The notes beneath the pieces are model-generated. The model searched no databases and had not been told where the DNA came from. It was given only the letters and a program-made list of their open reading frames with translations. From positions 1-22,976 of the IMG/VR virus record IMGVR_UViG_2778261512_000019: DNA of 22,976 bases; one strand, written 5' to 3'. Origin of the DNA: a virus. Its lineage: Duplodnaviria > Heunggongvirae > Uroviricota > Caudoviricetes. This document shows, in pieces, positions 8,185-18,742 of this stretch. Position numbers and translations under genes: made by a program. Numbering within the stretch: position 1 is the stretch's first letter; each line of letters begins with the position of its first letter.

Positions 8185-9664
8185 CACCATTCCGTCGAAT
8201 ACGCTGGTTCCGCTGTTTTATGCGGAAATGGATAACCAGGCGGCGAATACTGCACAGGACAGCGGAGCATCGCTGCTGATTGGTCATGCCAATAACGGTG
8301 CAGAGATTGTTGCCAACAGTCTGGTACTGATGTCGTCGGCAGACTATGCACGCCAGATTTGTGGTGCGGGAAGTCAGCTGGCGCGTATGGTCGAGGCTTA
8401 TCGCCAGACCGACCCGTTTGGCGAGCTGTATGTGATTGCCGTTCCTGAATCCACAGGCGCGGCGGCAACGGTTACGCTGACGGTGACCGGGGCGGCAACC
8501 GAAACCGGCACGGTGAATGTGTATGTGGGACGTACCCGCGTGCAGGCACCGGTGACTAACGGCGATAACGTCACGATGATTGCCAGCAGTATCCAGGATG
8601 CCATCAATGCCGTTCCGGCCCTGCCGTTTACGGCTTCATCTTCGGCAGGCGTGGTTACACTGACCGCGCGTCATAAGGGGCTTTGCGGGAATGAAATTCC
8701 TGTCAGCCTCAATTACTACGGCTTTGGTGGGGGCGAAGTGCTGCCAGCGGGCGTACAGATTGCCGTGGCGACGGGTACCGCCGGAACGGGTGCTCCGGTT
8801 CTCACCGGCGCGGTGGCTGCAATGGCGGATGAGCCGTTTGATTATATCGGCCTGCCGTTCAACGACACGGCCTCCGTTAACACGCTGGTGACCGAGATGA
8901 ACGATACCAGCGGTCGCTGGAGCTATGCGCGTCAGCTGTATGGTCATGTGTATACGGCAAAGATCGGCACGCTGTCAGAACTGGTGACCGCAGGTGACCA
9001 GTTTAACCAGCAGCACATTACCCTGGCGGGGTACGAAAAAGACACCCAGACGCCTGCCGACGAGCTGGCGGCAAGCCGTACCGCCCGCGCAGCGGTGTTT
9101 ATCCGCAACGATCCGGCACGTCCCACGCAGACCGGTGAGCTGGTGGGTATGCTGCCTGCGCCGAAGGGGAAACGGTTCACGATGACCGAACAACAGACCC
9201 TGCTGTCTCATGGCGTGGCAACGGCGTATGTCGAAAGCGGGGTACTGCGCATTCAGCGTGATGTCACCACGTACAGGAAAAACGCTTACGGGGTTGCGGA
9301 TAACAGCTACCTCGACAGCGAGACGCTGCATACCAGTGCGTATGTACTGCGCAAACTGAAATCCGTCATTACCAGTAAGTACGGGCGTCACAAGCTTGCC
9401 AGCGACGGTACCCGCTTTGGTCCCGGTCAGGCGATTGTCACCCCGGCGGTGATCAAAGGGGAACTGCTGGCAACCTACCGTCAGCTTGAGCGTGCGGGGA
9501 TCGTGGAAAACTACGAACTGTTTAAGCAGTACCTGGTTGTGGAGCGTGATGCCAGCGATCCGAACCGCCTGAACACGCTGTTCCCGCCTGACTATGTTAA
9601 CCAGTTGCGTGTCTTTGCCGTGGTTAACCAGTTCCGTCTTCAGTATTCAGAGGAGTCTGCATAA
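8168..9664 (+). CDS. Contractile tail sheath protein (Mu L-like)
   Basis: 498-aa ORF, N-terminus MTISFNTIPSNTLVPLFYAEMDN... resembles Mu-type sheath proteins; followed by a 118-aa tube gene with TAATG overlap. Confidence 0.85.
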   Translation: MTISFNTIPSNTLVPLFYAEMDNQAANTAQDSGASLLIGHANNGAEIVANSLVLMSSADYARQICGAGSQLARMVEAYRQTDPFGELYVIAVPESTGAAATVTLTVTGAATETGTVNVYVGRTRVQAPVTNGDNVTMIASSIQDAINAVPALPFTASSSAGVVTLTARHKGLCGNEIPVSLNYYGFGGGEVLPAGVQIAVATGTAGTGAPVLTGAVAAMADEPFDYIGLPFNDTASVNTLVTEMNDTSGRWSYARQLYGHVYTAKIGTLSELVTAGDQFNQQHITLAGYEKDTQTPADELAASRTARAAVFIRNDPARPTQTGELVGMLPAPKGKRFTMTEQQTLLSHGVATAYVESGVLRIQRDVTTYRKNAYGVADNSYLDSETLHTSAYVLRKLKSVITSKYGRHKLASDGTRFGPGQAIVTPAVIKGELLATYRQLERAGIVENYELFKQYLVVERDASDPNRLNTLFPPDYVNQLRVFAVVNQFRLQYSEESA

Positions 9665-10020
9665 TGGCCCGTATCGGGGGAACCTGTTATTTCAAAATTG
9701 ACGGTCAGCAGCTATCGCTGACCGGCGGCATTGAGGTGCCCATGAACAGGACGGTCAATGATGACATCATCGGCCTGGACGGTTCAGTGGACCGCAAGGA
9801 AACTCACCGTGCGCCTTATGTTAAAGGGACCTTCAAGGTGCCGAAGAATTTTCCGGTGAGCAAAATCACCTCGTCTGATGAGATGACCATCACTGCCGAG
9901 CTGGCGAACGGTCAGGTCTATGTACTGTCGTCTGCCTGGCTGCACGGCGAAGCGAACCATAATGCCGAAGAAGGGACGGTTGATCTTGAGTTCCACGGTG
10001 AAGAAGGGGATTACCAGTAA
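9664..10020 (+). CDS. Tail tube protein (Mu M-like)
   Basis: 118-aa ORF immediately after the sheath gene; size and position. Confidence 0.8.
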   Translation: MARIGGTCYFKIDGQQLSLTGGIEVPMNRTVNDDIIGLDGSVDRKETHRAPYVKGTFKVPKNFPVSKITSSDEMTITAELANGQVYVLSSAWLHGEANHNAEEGTVDLEFHGEEGDYQ

Positions 10021-10289
10021 TGAAAGAGCTTGAGTTAAAGAAACCGATTACCGCTCATGGCGAGACACTCTCCGTACTGGAGTTTGATGAGCCCACCGGG
10101 AAAGATGTCCGCGAGCTGGGGTATCCCTACCAGATGAATCAGGATGAGTCCGTCAGACTTCTGGCGCATGTGGTATCGAAATACATTGTGCGGCTGGCGA
10201 AAGTGCCGCAAAACTCTGTCGACCAGATGTCTCCGGCAGACCTGAATGCTGCGGCGTGGCTTGTGGCTGGTTTTTTCCTCCAGGCCTGA
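10020..10289 (+). CDS. Tail assembly chaperone (G-like, upstream frame)
   Basis: 89-aa ORF between the tube and tape-measure genes; ends just after a TTTTTTC slippery site. Confidence 0.7.
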   Translation: MKELELKKPITAHGETLSVLEFDEPTGKDVRELGYPYQMNQDESVRLLAHVVSKYIVRLAKVPQNSVDQMSPADLNAAAWLVAGFFLQA

Positions 10290-10438
10290 CGGCTGAATAC
10301 CTCACTGATCGCTTCTTTGACTGCGCCAGCTACTGGCGCATTAATCCCTTCGAATTGCTGAATATGCCGATCAGTGAAATTCCCTTGCTGGTCAGTCAGG
10401 CAAACAGGATAGAGCAGGAGAAACGCACACATGGCTGA
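10020..10438 (+). CDS. Tail assembly chaperone -1 frameshift fusion product (GT-like); shift at the T TTT TTC heptamer 10271-10277, then frame 2 to the stop at 10438
   Basis: The 10256-10438 ORF is in the -1 frame relative to 10020-10289 and overlaps it exactly at the slippery heptamer; the arrangement precedes the tape measure gene as in lambda G/GT. Confidence 0.55.
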
Positions 10439-12266
10439 ATTTGAGCTTAAGGCGTTGATCACCGGTGTCGACAGACTTTCTCCCGCGCTGTCGAAAATGC
10501 AAAAGAAAATCCGGGGATTTAAACGCCAGGCGGAAGAAGCATCACAGGGTGGGCTGGCGCTTGGTGGCGGACTGGCAGCGGGTCTGACGCTTTCCCTGAA
10601 ATCTTATGCCGATCAGGAAAACGCCGCCACCGGGCTGAAAGTCGCCATGATGGATGCGAACGGCGAGGTCGGAAAGCGCTTTCAGGACATCAATAAACTG
10701 GCTATTGGCCTGGGTAACCAGCTACCCGGTACAACGGCTGATTTCCAGAACATGATGCAGATGCTGGTGCGTCAGGGGATCCCGGCAGAAAACATTCTGG
10801 GTGGTGTGGGTAAAGCGACAGCTTATCTTGCGGTACAACTGAAAAAAACACCGGAAGCGGCTGCTGAGTTTGCTGCAAAGATGCAGGATGCTACCGGAAC
10901 GGCGTCAGAAGACATGATGGGGCTGTTCGACACTATCCAGAAGGCGTTTTATCTGGGCGTTGACGATACCAACATGTTGTCCTTCTTCACTAAAACCAGT
11001 TCTGTTCTGAAGATGGTGAACAAGGACGGTCTTCAGGCTGCACAGAGCCTTGCCCCTATCAGCGTCATGATGGATCAGATGGGGATGAACGGGGAGTCGG
11101 CAGGTAATGCCCTGCGAAAAGTTATCCAGTCCGGATTAAGCGTTAAGAAAATCAGGGACGTCAATAAAGTCATGGCCCGCCAGAAACTCGGAGTGCAGCT
11201 CGATTTTACTGACGGCAAAGGGAGTTTTGGCGGTCTTGATAACATGTTCAGGCAACTGGCAAAGCTGCGAAAACTGACCGACGTTAAGCGAACAGGTGTA
11301 CTTAAGGCAATATTTGGTGATGATGCCGAAACCCTTCAGGTGGTCAATGCTCTGATCGATAAAGGAAAGGATGGTTACGATCAGATCCAGCAGAAGATGA
11401 ATAAACAGGCCAGCCTGAATAAACGTGTTCAGGCACAGCTTGGTACGCTGTCCAACCTGTGGGAGGCAATGACAGGGACCGCAACTAACGGCCTTGCGGC
11501 TATTGGCGGCGCATTTTCTGGTGACGCTAAAAATATCACACAATGGCTGGGGGAGTTGGGGGAGAAATTCACGAAGTTTGCGGATGAAAATCCCCGGGTT
11601 ATTCGCGGCGTCGTCGGGCTTGCTGCCGGTCTTGCGATTCTGAAACTGGGATTGATGGGCGTGGGCAGTGCCATCAGTATTGTCAGCAGGATTATGTCGA
11701 TGACGCCGATTGGCATGATTGCGACGGCGATTGCTCTGGCTGCGGGATTAATTATCACTAACTGGGATGTTGTCGGACCTTATTTCAAGAAGCTCTGGGA
11801 AACCATTGGTCCTTATTTTGAGGCAGGTTGGGAACTTCTGAAGAAGGTTTTTGCCTGGTCGCCGCTGGGGATGGTGATCAATAACTGGGGACCGGTTGTT
11901 AAGTGGTTTCAGGATATGTGGGATAAGCTGAAGCCGATTATTGAATGGTTTACCGACAGTTCCGGTGACACGGTCGATGCCATTAACTCGGCGCAGTGGG
12001 GCGCGGGTGCTTATGATGCTTATGGGACGGGAATACCGGCACGGGGATACACTCCTTATCCGGCGGTGGATCCGGCTCAGGCAAACAACGCCTCCGATGC
12101 CACAGGCTCGAATCCCTTCATGATTAACAAAGCTTCTGCGCCAAAAGTTGATGGTGAGATCAAGGTCTCTTTTGTGAATTCGCCTCCGGGTATGCGGGTT
12201 ATGGAAACGCGATCCAGCGGTTTTGATGTCAGCCATGATGTTGGCTATACGCGCTTTGGCAGGTAA
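10431..12266 (+). CDS. Tail tape measure protein
   Basis: 611-aa ORF with a coiled-coil-like N-terminal half and a Gly/Ala-rich hydrophobic segment (VVGLAAGLAILKLGLMGVGSAISIV); directly follows the chaperone pair. Confidence 0.85.
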   Translation: MAEFELKALITGVDRLSPALSKMQKKIRGFKRQAEEASQGGLALGGGLAAGLTLSLKSYADQENAATGLKVAMMDANGEVGKRFQDINKLAIGLGNQLPGTTADFQNMMQMLVRQGIPAENILGGVGKATAYLAVQLKKTPEAAAEFAAKMQDATGTASEDMMGLFDTIQKAFYLGVDDTNMLSFFTKTSSVLKMVNKDGLQAAQSLAPISVMMDQMGMNGESAGNALRKVIQSGLSVKKIRDVNKVMARQKLGVQLDFTDGKGSFGGLDNMFRQLAKLRKLTDVKRTGVLKAIFGDDAETLQVVNALIDKGKDGYDQIQQKMNKQASLNKRVQAQLGTLSNLWEAMTGTATNGLAAIGGAFSGDAKNITQWLGELGEKFTKFADENPRVIRGVVGLAAGLAILKLGLMGVGSAISIVSRIMSMTPIGMIATAIALAAGLIITNWDVVGPYFKKLWETIGPYFEAGWELLKKVFAWSPLGMVINNWGPVVKWFQDMWDKLKPIIEWFTDSSGDTVDAINSAQWGAGAYDAYGTGIPARGYTPYPAVDPAQANNASDATGSNPFMINKASAPKVDGEIKVSFVNSPPGMRVMETRSSGFDVSHDVGYTRFGR

Positions 12267-12289
12267 TGAAAAATTAATCTGTTAATGAG

Positions 12290-12311
12290 TCCCACTCCGG
12301 TGGGATTTTTT
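12290..12311 (+). terminator. Weak hairpin plus T-run between tape measure and the next gene (possible attenuator)
   Basis: TCCCAC-TCCG-GTGGGA 6-bp stem followed by TTTTTT, 24 nt after the tape measure stop. Confidence 0.3.
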
Positions 12312-12326
12312 ATGTACGGAGTTTAT

Positions 12327-13655
12327 ATGACGTGGAAAGACAGACTTCAGGACGCGTCATTTCGCGGTGTGCCGTTTAAGGTTGAAGAAGAAAGTACGGG
12401 AACCGGTCGTCGTGTGGAAACGCACGAATACCCGAACCGCGACAAACCCTATACCGAAGACCTGGGGAAAATCACTTTCCGCCCGTCCATCACGGCTTAT
12501 GTGGTGGGAGATGACTGCTTTGACCAGCGCGATCGCCTGATTGACGCGCTGAATAAACCCGGTCCCGGCACGCTTGTCCATCCGACTTACGGTGAGCTGA
12601 AAGTCTGTGTTGACGGAGAGGTTCGGGTCAGCACATCGAAGAGTGAAGGGCGTATTGTCCGCTTTGACCTGAAGTTTGTCGAAGCGGGAGAACTCTCTTA
12701 CCCCACTTCAGGTGCGGCGACGGCGCAGACGCTGATGTCATCCTGTTCTGCACTGGATGACTGCATCAGTGACAGCTTCAGCGGTTTCAGTATCGATGGC
12801 GTGGCGGATTTCGTGCAGAACGACGTTATTGGTAATGCCAGCATAATGCTGGGGTATGTTTCTGATGCGATGAAAGTGGTGGATTCTGCCGTATCGGATG
12901 CCGCCAGGCTGTTGCAGGGGGATATCTCGGTACTTCTGCCGCCGCCATCGTCAGGCAAAAATTTCGTTGAGCAGGTGCAGAAAATGTGGCGTACCGGGAA
13001 ACGCCTTTATGGTAACGCCAGCGATCTGGTCACCATGATCAAAACGCTTTCCGGTGTCAGCCTCGGCAGTGATCTGCAACCGCGCGGCGTCTGGAAAACG
13101 GACAGTAAAACCACCGCTACGGCGACGCAGCAGCGTAACGTGGTTGCCAGCACCCTTCGTACGACCGCAATCAGCGAAGCGGCGTATGCCGTCACCCGAT
13201 TGCCTGCGCCAACAACTTCCGCGGTGATGCAGAATGCCGCAGTGGGGCAGGCAACAACAGCTGCACAGAGCACCGGCTGGCCTTCCGTCACGCATCCGGC
13301 ACTGAACAATGCACCGGCGATGAAAAACACGGTTGATCTGCCGACGTGGGAAGAACTGACTGACATTCGCGACACACTGAATACGGCAATTGATAAGGAG
13401 TTGTCCCGTACAACCAGTGATGCGCTGTTTCTGGCGCTGCGCCGGGTGAAAGCAGATCTGAATGCGGATATCAACACGCGCCTTGAACAGTCTGCACGGA
13501 TCATTCAGCGCACACCGGATGAGGTTTTACCCGCGCTGGTGCTGGCGGCGACCTGGTTTGATAACGCGACGCGTGACGCGGACATTATCCGGCGTAATGC
13601 TATTACGCATCCCGGCTTTGTGCCGGTGATCCCTCTGAAGGTGCCAGTGCAATGA
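12327..13655 (+). CDS. Mu N-like DNA circularization / baseplate hub-associated protein
   Basis: N-terminus MTWKDRLQDASFRGVPFKVEE... matches the conserved start of Mu gpN-family proteins; GGAG lies 6 nt upstream of 12327. The longer ORF from 12285 would include the hairpin and has no RBS. Confidence 0.8.
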   Translation: MTWKDRLQDASFRGVPFKVEEESTGTGRRVETHEYPNRDKPYTEDLGKITFRPSITAYVVGDDCFDQRDRLIDALNKPGPGTLVHPTYGELKVCVDGEVRVSTSKSEGRIVRFDLKFVEAGELSYPTSGAATAQTLMSSCSALDDCISDSFSGFSIDGVADFVQNDVIGNASIMLGYVSDAMKVVDSAVSDAARLLQGDISVLLPPPSSGKNFVEQVQKMWRTGKRLYGNASDLVTMIKTLSGVSLGSDLQPRGVWKTDSKTTATATQQRNVVASTLRTTAISEAAYAVTRLPAPTTSAVMQNAAVGQATTAAQSTGWPSVTHPALNNAPAMKNTVDLPTWEELTDIRDTLNTAIDKELSRTTSDALFLALRRVKADLNADINTRLEQSARIIQRTPDEVLPALVLAATWFDNATRDADIIRRNAITHPGFVPVIPLKVPVQ

Positions 13656-14731
13656 ACGATAACGTCACGCTACGGGTAAATGGCCGGGAGTGGAATGGCT
13701 GGACATCGGTGCGCATCGGTGCCGGTATTGAACGGCTGGCGCGGGATTTCAGTGTGGAGATCACCCGCCAGTGGCCGGGAGATGAGGGTATCACCACGCT
13801 TCAGCCGCGCATTAAAAACGGTTCAAAAGTGGAAGTGCTGATTGGTGATGAGCGGGTGATCACCGGCTGGGTGGAGGCGACTCCCGTTCGTTACGATGCC
13901 CGTTCGGTCAGCACAGGTATTGCCGGACGCAGTCTGACCGCTGACCTGATTGACTGTGCAGCCGAACCGACACAGTTTAACGGACGATCGCTGGTACAGA
14001 TTGCGCAGGCGCTTGCTGCGCCTTTCGGCATTGAGGTGGTGAACAGCGGTGCGCCGTCGGGTGTTATTCCTGATGTCCAGCCTGATCACGGTGAAACGGT
14101 GATTGAGGTAATCAACAAAATACTCGGTCAGCAGCAGGCACTGGCTTACGACGATCCGCACGGCAGGCTGGTGATTGGCGGTATTGGCTCAACGCGGGCA
14201 CATACCGCGCTGGTACTTGGGGAAAACATCCTTTCCTGCGATACGGAGAAGAGTATCCGGGAGCGGTTTTCTGTTTACCAGGTGGCGGGGCAGCGTACCG
14301 GAAACGACGATGATTTCGGTGAGGCCACCACCACCGCGCTGCGGGCCCGCACAGAGGACGCATTTATTGCCCGTTACCGTCCGATGTATATCAGGCAGAC
14401 AGGGCAGGCTACGGGGGCAGGCTGTATTGCGCGTGCTGACTTTGAAGCCCGGCAACGGGCGGCGCGGACGGATGAAACCACCTATGTGGTGCAGGGCTGG
14501 CGACAGGGTAACGGTACGCTGTGGCAACCCAACCAGCGGGTGATTGTCTTTGATCCGGTCTGTGGTTTTGACAATACCGAACTGCTTGTTTCGGAAGTCA
14601 CGTTTACTCAGGACCAGAACGGCACCCTGACGGAAATCCGTGTCGGCCCGCCTGATGCTTATCTGCCTGAACCTGAAGACCCCGGCGCGCGGAAAAAGAA
14701 AAAAGCCAGAGTACAGGAGGACCCGTTCTGA
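13652..14731 (+). CDS. Mu P-like baseplate hub protein
   Basis: 359-aa ORF coupled (ATGA) to the gpN-like gene, in the conserved Mu-like baseplate order. Confidence 0.75.
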   Translation: MNDNVTLRVNGREWNGWTSVRIGAGIERLARDFSVEITRQWPGDEGITTLQPRIKNGSKVEVLIGDERVITGWVEATPVRYDARSVSTGIAGRSLTADLIDCAAEPTQFNGRSLVQIAQALAAPFGIEVVNSGAPSGVIPDVQPDHGETVIEVINKILGQQQALAYDDPHGRLVIGGIGSTRAHTALVLGENILSCDTEKSIRERFSVYQVAGQRTGNDDDFGEATTTALRARTEDAFIARYRPMYIRQTGQATGAGCIARADFEARQRAARTDETTYVVQGWRQGNGTLWQPNQRVIVFDPVCGFDNTELLVSEVTFTQDQNGTLTEIRVGPPDAYLPEPEDPGARKKKKARVQEDPF

Positions 14732-15279
14732 TGAGGACGATTGAAGCCATGCAGCGACAACTTCTCGGCCTGATTGGGCGGGCAGTGGTGAAAAGCATCA
14801 GTGCCGCCACGAAATGTCAGACCGTGGATGTGTCCCTGATTGCCGGTGAACCCAAAGCCGGGGTTGAACATCTTGAACCCTACGGTTTTACCGCAAGGGC
14901 AAACAGCGGTGCGGAAGCGGTGGTGTTGTTTCCGGATGGCGACCGTTCTCATGCGGTGGTTGTTACGGTGTCGGACCGGCGCTACCGCCTGAAAGGGCTG
15001 CATACGGGGGAGGTGGCTGTCTATGACGATCAGGGGCAGTCCGTGACGCTGACCCGGGAGGGGATCGTGGTGGACGGTGCAGGTAAAACAATCACGTTTC
15101 GCAATGCGCCTAAGGCTCGTTTTGAAATGGACCTGGAAGTGACCGGACAGGTGAAAGACCTGTGCGACTCCACCGGCACCACCATGTCAGCGATGCGGCT
15201 TGCCTATAACGGGCATCGTCACAGAGAGAACGGTCAGGGCAGTAACACCGACAAACCTGATAAAGCGATGGAGGCATGA
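14731..15279 (+). CDS. Baseplate spike / assembly protein V-like (Mu gp45-like)
   Basis: 182-aa ORF in the conserved position and size range; overlapping start/stop with its neighbours. Confidence 0.75.
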   Translation: MRTIEAMQRQLLGLIGRAVVKSISAATKCQTVDVSLIAGEPKAGVEHLEPYGFTARANSGAEAVVLFPDGDRSHAVVVTVSDRRYRLKGLHTGEVAVYDDQGQSVTLTREGIVVDGAGKTITFRNAPKARFEMDLEVTGQVKDLCDSTGTTMSAMRLAYNGHRHRENGQGSNTDKPDKAMEA

Positions 15280-15704
15280 TGGAACTGTGGCTGACGGTGA
15301 ACGGTAAACGCACCTGCGCCAGCGCACCGCTGGATCCGCTGACCCGTGCCGTGGTGATTTCCCTGTTCACCTGGCGGCGGGCTGAACCTGATGACAATGC
15401 CGACGTCCCGATGGGATGGTGGGGGGATACCTGGCCTGCGGTACAGAATGACCGTTACGGCTCCCGACTGTGGCTGCTTCAGCGCAGCAAACTGACCAAT
15501 CAGCTGGGGCAGACGGTAAGGGGATATATCCGCGAATGCCTGCAATGGATGATTGATGACGGCGTGGTGTCCCGTATTGATCTGGATATCCGCCGCACCG
15601 GGATTAATGAGCTGGGTAACAGTATCACCCTCTGGCGTCGTGACGGACCGGTAATGATTTCTTTTGATGATCTGTGGAGTGCGATAACGCATGGCGGACA
15701 GTGA
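15276..15704 (+). CDS. Baseplate wedge protein, GPW/gp25 family (Mu gp46-like)
   Basis: 142-aa ORF upstream of the baseplate J-like gene; size and position. Confidence 0.75.
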   Translation: MMELWLTVNGKRTCASAPLDPLTRAVVISLFTWRRAEPDDNADVPMGWWGDTWPAVQNDRYGSRLWLLQRSKLTNQLGQTVRGYIRECLQWMIDDGVVSRIDLDIRRTGINELGNSITLWRRDGPVMISFDDLWSAITHGGQ

Positions 15705-16749
15705 ATTTCAACGCCCGACGCTGGCAGAAAATATCAGTATGCTCCGTAACGATTTATTCGCCAGGCTGGACGTCAGCGACACGCTCCGGCGCATGGATGA
15801 AGACGTGCGGGCAAAGGTGTATGCGGCGGCGCTGCATACGGTTTACGGTTACATCGATTATCTGGCAATGAACATGCTGCCTGACCTGTGCGATGAGTCC
15901 TGGCTGGCGCGACATGCTGCGATGAAACGGTGTCCGCGCAAGGGGGCCACGTCTGCCAGCGGGTATATGCGCTGGGAAGGTGTCAGCGATGGCCTGAAGG
16001 TGACCGCCGGGAGTGTTATTCAGCGCGATGACCTGGTTCAGTACACGACAACTGACGATGCAACCAGCTCCGGTGGTGTCCTGCGCGTGCCGATCGCCTG
16101 CTCAAGTGCAGGTGCGGTCGGTAACGCTGACGACGGTACGGCATTAATCCTGGTCACGCCGGTGAATGGTCTGCCGTCTTCCGGTGTGGCTGACACCATT
16201 ACAGGCGGATTTGATACTGAAGAGCTGGAAACGTGGCGCGCCCGCGTCATTGAGCGGTATTACTGGACGCCGCAGGGCGGGGCTGACGGGGACTATGTCG
16301 TTTGGGCTAAAGAAGTGCCCGGCATTACCCGCGCATGGACATACCGTCACTGGATGGGAACGGGAACTGTCGGTGTGATGATTGCCAGCAGTGACCTGAT
16401 TAATCCCATTCCGGAAGAATCAACGGAAACGGCAGCAAGACAACATATCGGGCCACTGGCCCCGGTGGCAGGCTCTGATTTGTATGTATTCAGGCCGGTG
16501 GCACATACGGTGGATTTTCATATCCGCGTGACGCCGGACACACCAGAAATACGGGCTGCCATTACCGCGGAGTTGCGTTCGTTCCTGCTGCGTGATGGTT
16601 ATCCGCAGGGAGAACTGAAGGTATCGCGTATCAGTGAGGCGATTTCCGGTGCGAACGGGGAATACAGCCATCAGTTGCTTGCACCGGTGGACAATATCTC
16701 CATTGCGAAAAACGAACTGGCGGTACTGGGGACGATTTCATGGACGTGA
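15691..16749 (+). CDS. Baseplate J-like protein (Mu gp47-like); intact counterpart of the K-12 e14 jayE remnant
   Basis: 352-aa ORF immediately upstream of the ymfQ-like gene, matching the e14 order jayE-ymfQ-stfP. Confidence 0.8.
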   Translation: MADSEFQRPTLAENISMLRNDLFARLDVSDTLRRMDEDVRAKVYAAALHTVYGYIDYLAMNMLPDLCDESWLARHAAMKRCPRKGATSASGYMRWEGVSDGLKVTAGSVIQRDDLVQYTTTDDATSSGGVLRVPIACSSAGAVGNADDGTALILVTPVNGLPSSGVADTITGGFDTEELETWRARVIERYYWTPQGGADGDYVVWAKEVPGITRAWTYRHWMGTGTVGVMIASSDLINPIPEESTETAARQHIGPLAPVAGSDLYVFRPVAHTVDFHIRVTPDTPEIRAAITAELRSFLLRDGYPQGELKVSRISEAISGANGEYSHQLLAPVDNISIAKNELAVLGTISWT

Positions 16750-17324
16750 CAAACGATGATTACATCCGCCTGTTATCGGCACTGTTGCCGCCCGGTCCGG
16801 CGTGGTCAGCCAGCGATCCGGCGATTGCCGGTGCGGCACCGTCATTAACCCGTGTTCATCAGCGTGCGGATGCCCTGATGCGGGAGCTGGATCCGCGCAC
16901 CACCACTGAACTGATAAACCGCTGGGAGCGTCTGTGCGGTCTGCCGGATGAATGTATTCCCGCAGGGACACAGACCCTTCGTCAGCGTCAGCAACGGCTG
17001 GATGCGAAGGTTAACCTGGCGGGCAGCATCAACGAGAATTTTTATCTTGCACAGCTTGCTGCCCTGGGCAGACCAGATGCCAACATCACGCGATACGATA
17101 AAAGCACGTTCACCTGCTCATCGGTCTGTACTGACGCGGTGAATGCGCCGGAATGGCGGTATTACTGGCAGGTCAACATGCCAGCCGCCACAAACACCAC
17201 CTGGATGACATGTGGCGATCCCTGTGATTCCGCGCTGCGTATCTGGGGCGACACCGTTGTCGAATGTGTGCTTAACAAACTCTGCCCGTCGCATACCTAC
17301 GTAATTTTTAAATATCCGGAGTAA
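16740..17324 (+). CDS. ymfQ: Tail protein YmfQ (Mu gp48-like, DUF2313)
   Basis: 194-aa ORF, the same length as K-12 e14 YmfQ, directly upstream of the side tail fibre gene. Confidence 0.75.
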   Translation: MDVTNDDYIRLLSALLPPGPAWSASDPAIAGAAPSLTRVHQRADALMRELDPRTTTELINRWERLCGLPDECIPAGTQTLRQRQQRLDAKVNLAGSINENFYLAQLAALGRPDANITRYDKSTFTCSSVCTDAVNAPEWRYYWQVNMPAATNTTWMTCGDPCDSALRIWGDTVVECVLNKLCPSHTYVIFKYPE

Positions 17325-17327
17325 TCC

Positions 17328-18149
17328 ATGCATCGTATAGACACGAAAACCGCGCAGAAGGATAAGTTCGGCGCGGGTAAGAACGGTTTTACCCGTGGTA
17401 ACCCCCAGACCGGCACACCTGCCACCGATCTGGATGATGACTACTTTGACATGTTGCAGGAGGAACTTTGCAGTGTTGTGGAGGCATCCGGTGCCAGCCT
17501 GGAGAAGGGGCGGCATGACCAGCTGCTTACAGCGCTTCGTGCGCTGCTGTTAAGCCGCAAGAATCCGTTTGGCGATATCAAATCGGATGGCACGGTGAAA
17601 ACGGCTCTCGAAAACCTTGGTTTGGGAGAAGGTGCTCCAGCTATTGGCGTTCCGTTCTTCTGGCCGTCCGCCGCAATGCCAAATACTGTAATCGACAGTT
17701 GGTCCAGTATGGTGTTTTTGAAGTTCAACGGCGCGAAATTCTCTGCCACTGATTACCCTGTGCTGGCGAAAGTGTTTCCGGCGCTAGCATTACCTGACGC
17801 ACGGGGTGATTTCATTCGTATCTGGGATGATGGGCGCGGGATTGATGTCGGACGTACCCTACTTTCAGGGCAATCACACACAATTATGGATCATGCACAC
17901 AATATGGAATTGTGGACGGGGGACGGGCTTGCCGCAGGAAGTGCACGGGAAGGAGTAAACCCAGGAATACTGGCTACATACGGTGACGGGGGAATAGTTA
18001 AAACGGACGAACCCGGTCTTAAGGTGCCTTCCTCACTACGAGCTCTTAGCTCTCGTAGTGTTAAACGTTATGGTGAAATTAGTGGAAATGTAGATACAGA
18101 AACCCGTCCACGAAATATTGCATTTAACTTTCTGGTGAGGGCTAAATAA
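17328..18149 (+). CDS. stfP: Side tail fibre protein: constant N-terminal part (to about 17620) fused to the variable C-terminal part in the current orientation
   Basis: 273-aa ORF; the invertase crossover site lies inside it at 17612-17631 (encoding ENLGLGE); Gly-rich C-terminal region. Confidence 0.75.
   Translation: MHRIDTKTAQKDKFGAGKNGFTRGNPQTGTPATDLDDDYFDMLQEELCSVVEASGASLEKGRHDQLLTALRALLLSRKNPFGDIKSDGTVKTALENLGLGEGAPAIGVPFFWPSAAMPNTVIDSWSSMVFLKFNGAKFSATDYPVLAKVFPALALPDARGDFIRIWDDGRGIDVGRTLLSGQSHTIMDHAHNMELWTGDGLAAGSAREGVNPGILATYGDGGIVKTDEPGLKVPSSLRALSSRSVKRYGEISGNVDTETRPRNIAFNFLVRAK
17612..17631. repeat. Left invertase recombination site (pix-like) inside the tail fibre gene
   Basis: AAACCTTGGTTTGGGAGAAG; its inverted partner at 19477-19496 differs at one position; AAACC-TT-GGTTT dyad with a 2-bp centre, as in Gin/Hin/Cin/Pin sites. 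Confidence 0.75.
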
Positions 18150-18742
18150 TGATACCTGTTTTTGATGAAAATGGGCTGGCTACAGTGCCGGGCGATATGC
18201 GTTGTTTTTATTATAATGCAGTAACGTATGAATATACCGGCTGGTCTGATGAATATATTAATACTGGCGTAAGTATACCCGCCTGTTCCACTGGTATTGA
18301 CCCGGGCGAAAACATCCCGGGAAAAGTGGCAGTATTTACGGGTAAGGGATGGAGCCATGAAGAAGACCATCGCAATGAGACCGTTTACTCAACTGAAAAT
18401 GGCGCAGCTGTTACAGTGGATTATATCGGTGCCATCAAAGACGGTTATGTCACGCTTTCACCGTTAACGCCATACGATAAATGGGATGGTGAGAAATGGG
18501 TGACGGATACCGAGGCACAGCATAGCGCCGCAGTAGAAGCGGCAGAAGCACAGCGCCAGTCGCTGATTGATGCTGCAATGGCTTCCATCAGTCTGATTCA
18601 ACTGAAATTACAGGCTGGGCGGAAGCTGACGCAGCCAGAAAACACCCGACTTAACGCTGTGCTGGATTACATTGACGCGGTGACGGCAACAGATACCAGC
18701 ACAGCGCCGGACGTCATCTGGCCTGAACTGCCGGAGGCGTAG
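18149..18742 (+). CDS. tfaP: Tail fibre assembly protein (expressed orientation)
   Basis: 197-aa ORF with TAATG coupling to the fibre gene; C-terminal motif TAPDVIWPELPEA typical of Tfa proteins. Confidence 0.75.
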   Translation: MIPVFDENGLATVPGDMRCFYYNAVTYEYTGWSDEYINTGVSIPACSTGIDPGENIPGKVAVFTGKGWSHEEDHRNETVYSTENGAAVTVDYIGAIKDGYVTLSPLTPYDKWDGEKWVTDTEAQHSAAVEAAEAQRQSLIDAAMASISLIQLKLQAGRKLTQPENTRLNAVLDYIDAVTATDTSTAPDVIWPELPEA

